Made by a program: the position numbers and the translations under genes | Shown here: piece by piece, positions 62,715 through 64,000 of the stretch | How positions within the stretch are numbered: position 1 is the first letter of the stretch | Layout of the letters: every line of letters starts with the position of its first letter | Assembly (NCBI GenBank): GCA_964016885.1 | Contig: OZ024740.1 | Coordinates: 243,102,001 to 243,166,000, forward strand | Reading direction: 5' to 3' | Length of the DNA: 64,000 nucleotides | DNA from: Eledone cirrhosa | Taxonomy: Eukaryota | Notes under the pieces: generated by a model | Seen by the model: the letters and a program-made list of their open reading frames with translations, nothing else | What the model was told of the DNA's origin: nothing | Databases searched by the model: none

Positions 62715-64000
62715 AGTAATAATGTAATAATAATAATGAAATATTGTGTACAGTGTTCAGGTGCACTACAACTCATCAAAAAGTGTATGTATAGTACATA
62801 GGGTAATGTACAAACGTCAGGAAAATGAACAGTGCATGAGTCATGATATACACATGTGTGCATATGTATGGAAGGAGTACATCAGGTGTAGTTTTGGCGA
62901 ATTTCGGGAAGCATGAGGGTTTTAAAGGATTCAGTGTCTCAGCAGCTAACAACTGACACAGGCAGTTTGTTCCATGCTTCAGCAACTCTGAGCATGAAAA
63001 AATGTTTCCAAAAGTCATGGGAGCTGTGCTGTTTTCTGATTTTGTAGGCATGTCCACATGTGTTAGACACATGGAGATCAAAAAGGTGCTCAGGGTTGTT
63101 GTTGGCGAGATGGTTAATAACTTTGTGGGTGTTTACCAAGTCCATTGCCAGACGTCGGAGCTTCAATGAATCCATGCCCAGGGAAGCAAGGCGTTCAGAG
63201 TATGGTAGGTGTTTGATGGAGGATATGCGCTTGGTCGCATGTCTCTGAACAGTTTCCAGGAGGTCAATGTTCTGAGCAAGATAGGGGTTCCAGACTGATG
63301 ATGCGAATTCCACGTGTGATCGTACCATAGCTGTATACAGCTTTAAATAGATGGCTGGAGAGCGGCTAACAAAGGCCTTGCTGAGTGATGCCAAGACACA
63401 CTCGGCCCTCTTGACAATCTTAGATACATGCTTTGGCCAACGCAAATCGCTGCTGACAGTAATGCCCAGGTCACGTTCACAAGAGGACTTCTTGATATCA
63501 GTGTTGTAGAAGGAGTATGTGGACGCTGGATTTTTCCTCCCAAAATGCATGGTGGTACACTTGTCCACAGCCAGCTTCAGTTGCCAGTCTGTGATACATT
63601 GCTGCATTGTGTCCAGGTCTGATTGTAGGAAAGAGTTGTAGATTTCAGAATCAGTCCTTTTGATTTCAAGGTACAGCTTGATGTCATCTGCATATTTCAG
63701 TACAGTGGCATTCTTTAAGTTGGCATCTATGTCATTAATATATGCCACAAACAAAAGGGGACCAAGAACAGATCCCTGTGGTACACCAGATGACATCTCA
63801 TATGGTGAAGAATGCTGTCCTAGAACCGTGACTACCTCTTTTCGGCTGAGAATGAAGGATTTCAACCAGTTAAAAAGATCATCCCTCACACCCATTGCAG
63901 AGAGTTTTGCCATAAGTCTTTTGTGTGGCACAGAATTAAAAGCCTTAGCGAAGTCAAGGTAAACAACATCCACCCATGAGCCGCTGTCGGTGATCCGGGT
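62715..64000 (-). mobile_element. CR1-clade LINE RT and 3' end (runs off the window)
   Basis: YLDFAKAFNSVPH, SGVPQGSVLGPLLF, YADD, ERDLG, EFASSVWNP. (ATT)n tail. Confidence 0.93.

Overview
AT-rich animal genomic DNA, most likely a cephalopod (Octopus-like). This is inferred from the repeat landscape as I recall it, not from any search. The window is almost entirely intronic or intergenic and saturated with transposon debris: many RTE-clade LINE copies (one with an intact 748-codon 5'-truncated ORF carrying a PHD-type zinc finger inside its RT), an L1/Tx1 ORF2, CR1 copies, CRE-like RLE elements, many tRNA-derived SINEs, a Helitron, hAT and piggyBac-type MITEs, and micro/minisatellites. Two small phase-compatible exons on the minus strand (45559-45625, 39862-39954) encode part of a thioredoxin/PDI-like host protein. 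The most notable unannotated structure is a cluster at about 52.9-55.1 kb of fold-back inverted repeats with type I hammerhead ribozyme motifs (one intact, one near-intact, others degenerate), resembling Penelope-like pLTRs or retrozymes. A chimeric SINE whose tail is stitched from two different RTE subfamilies is also notable. Most ORFs in the supplied track are TE fragments or spurious. No prokaryotic features and no CRISPR array were seen.
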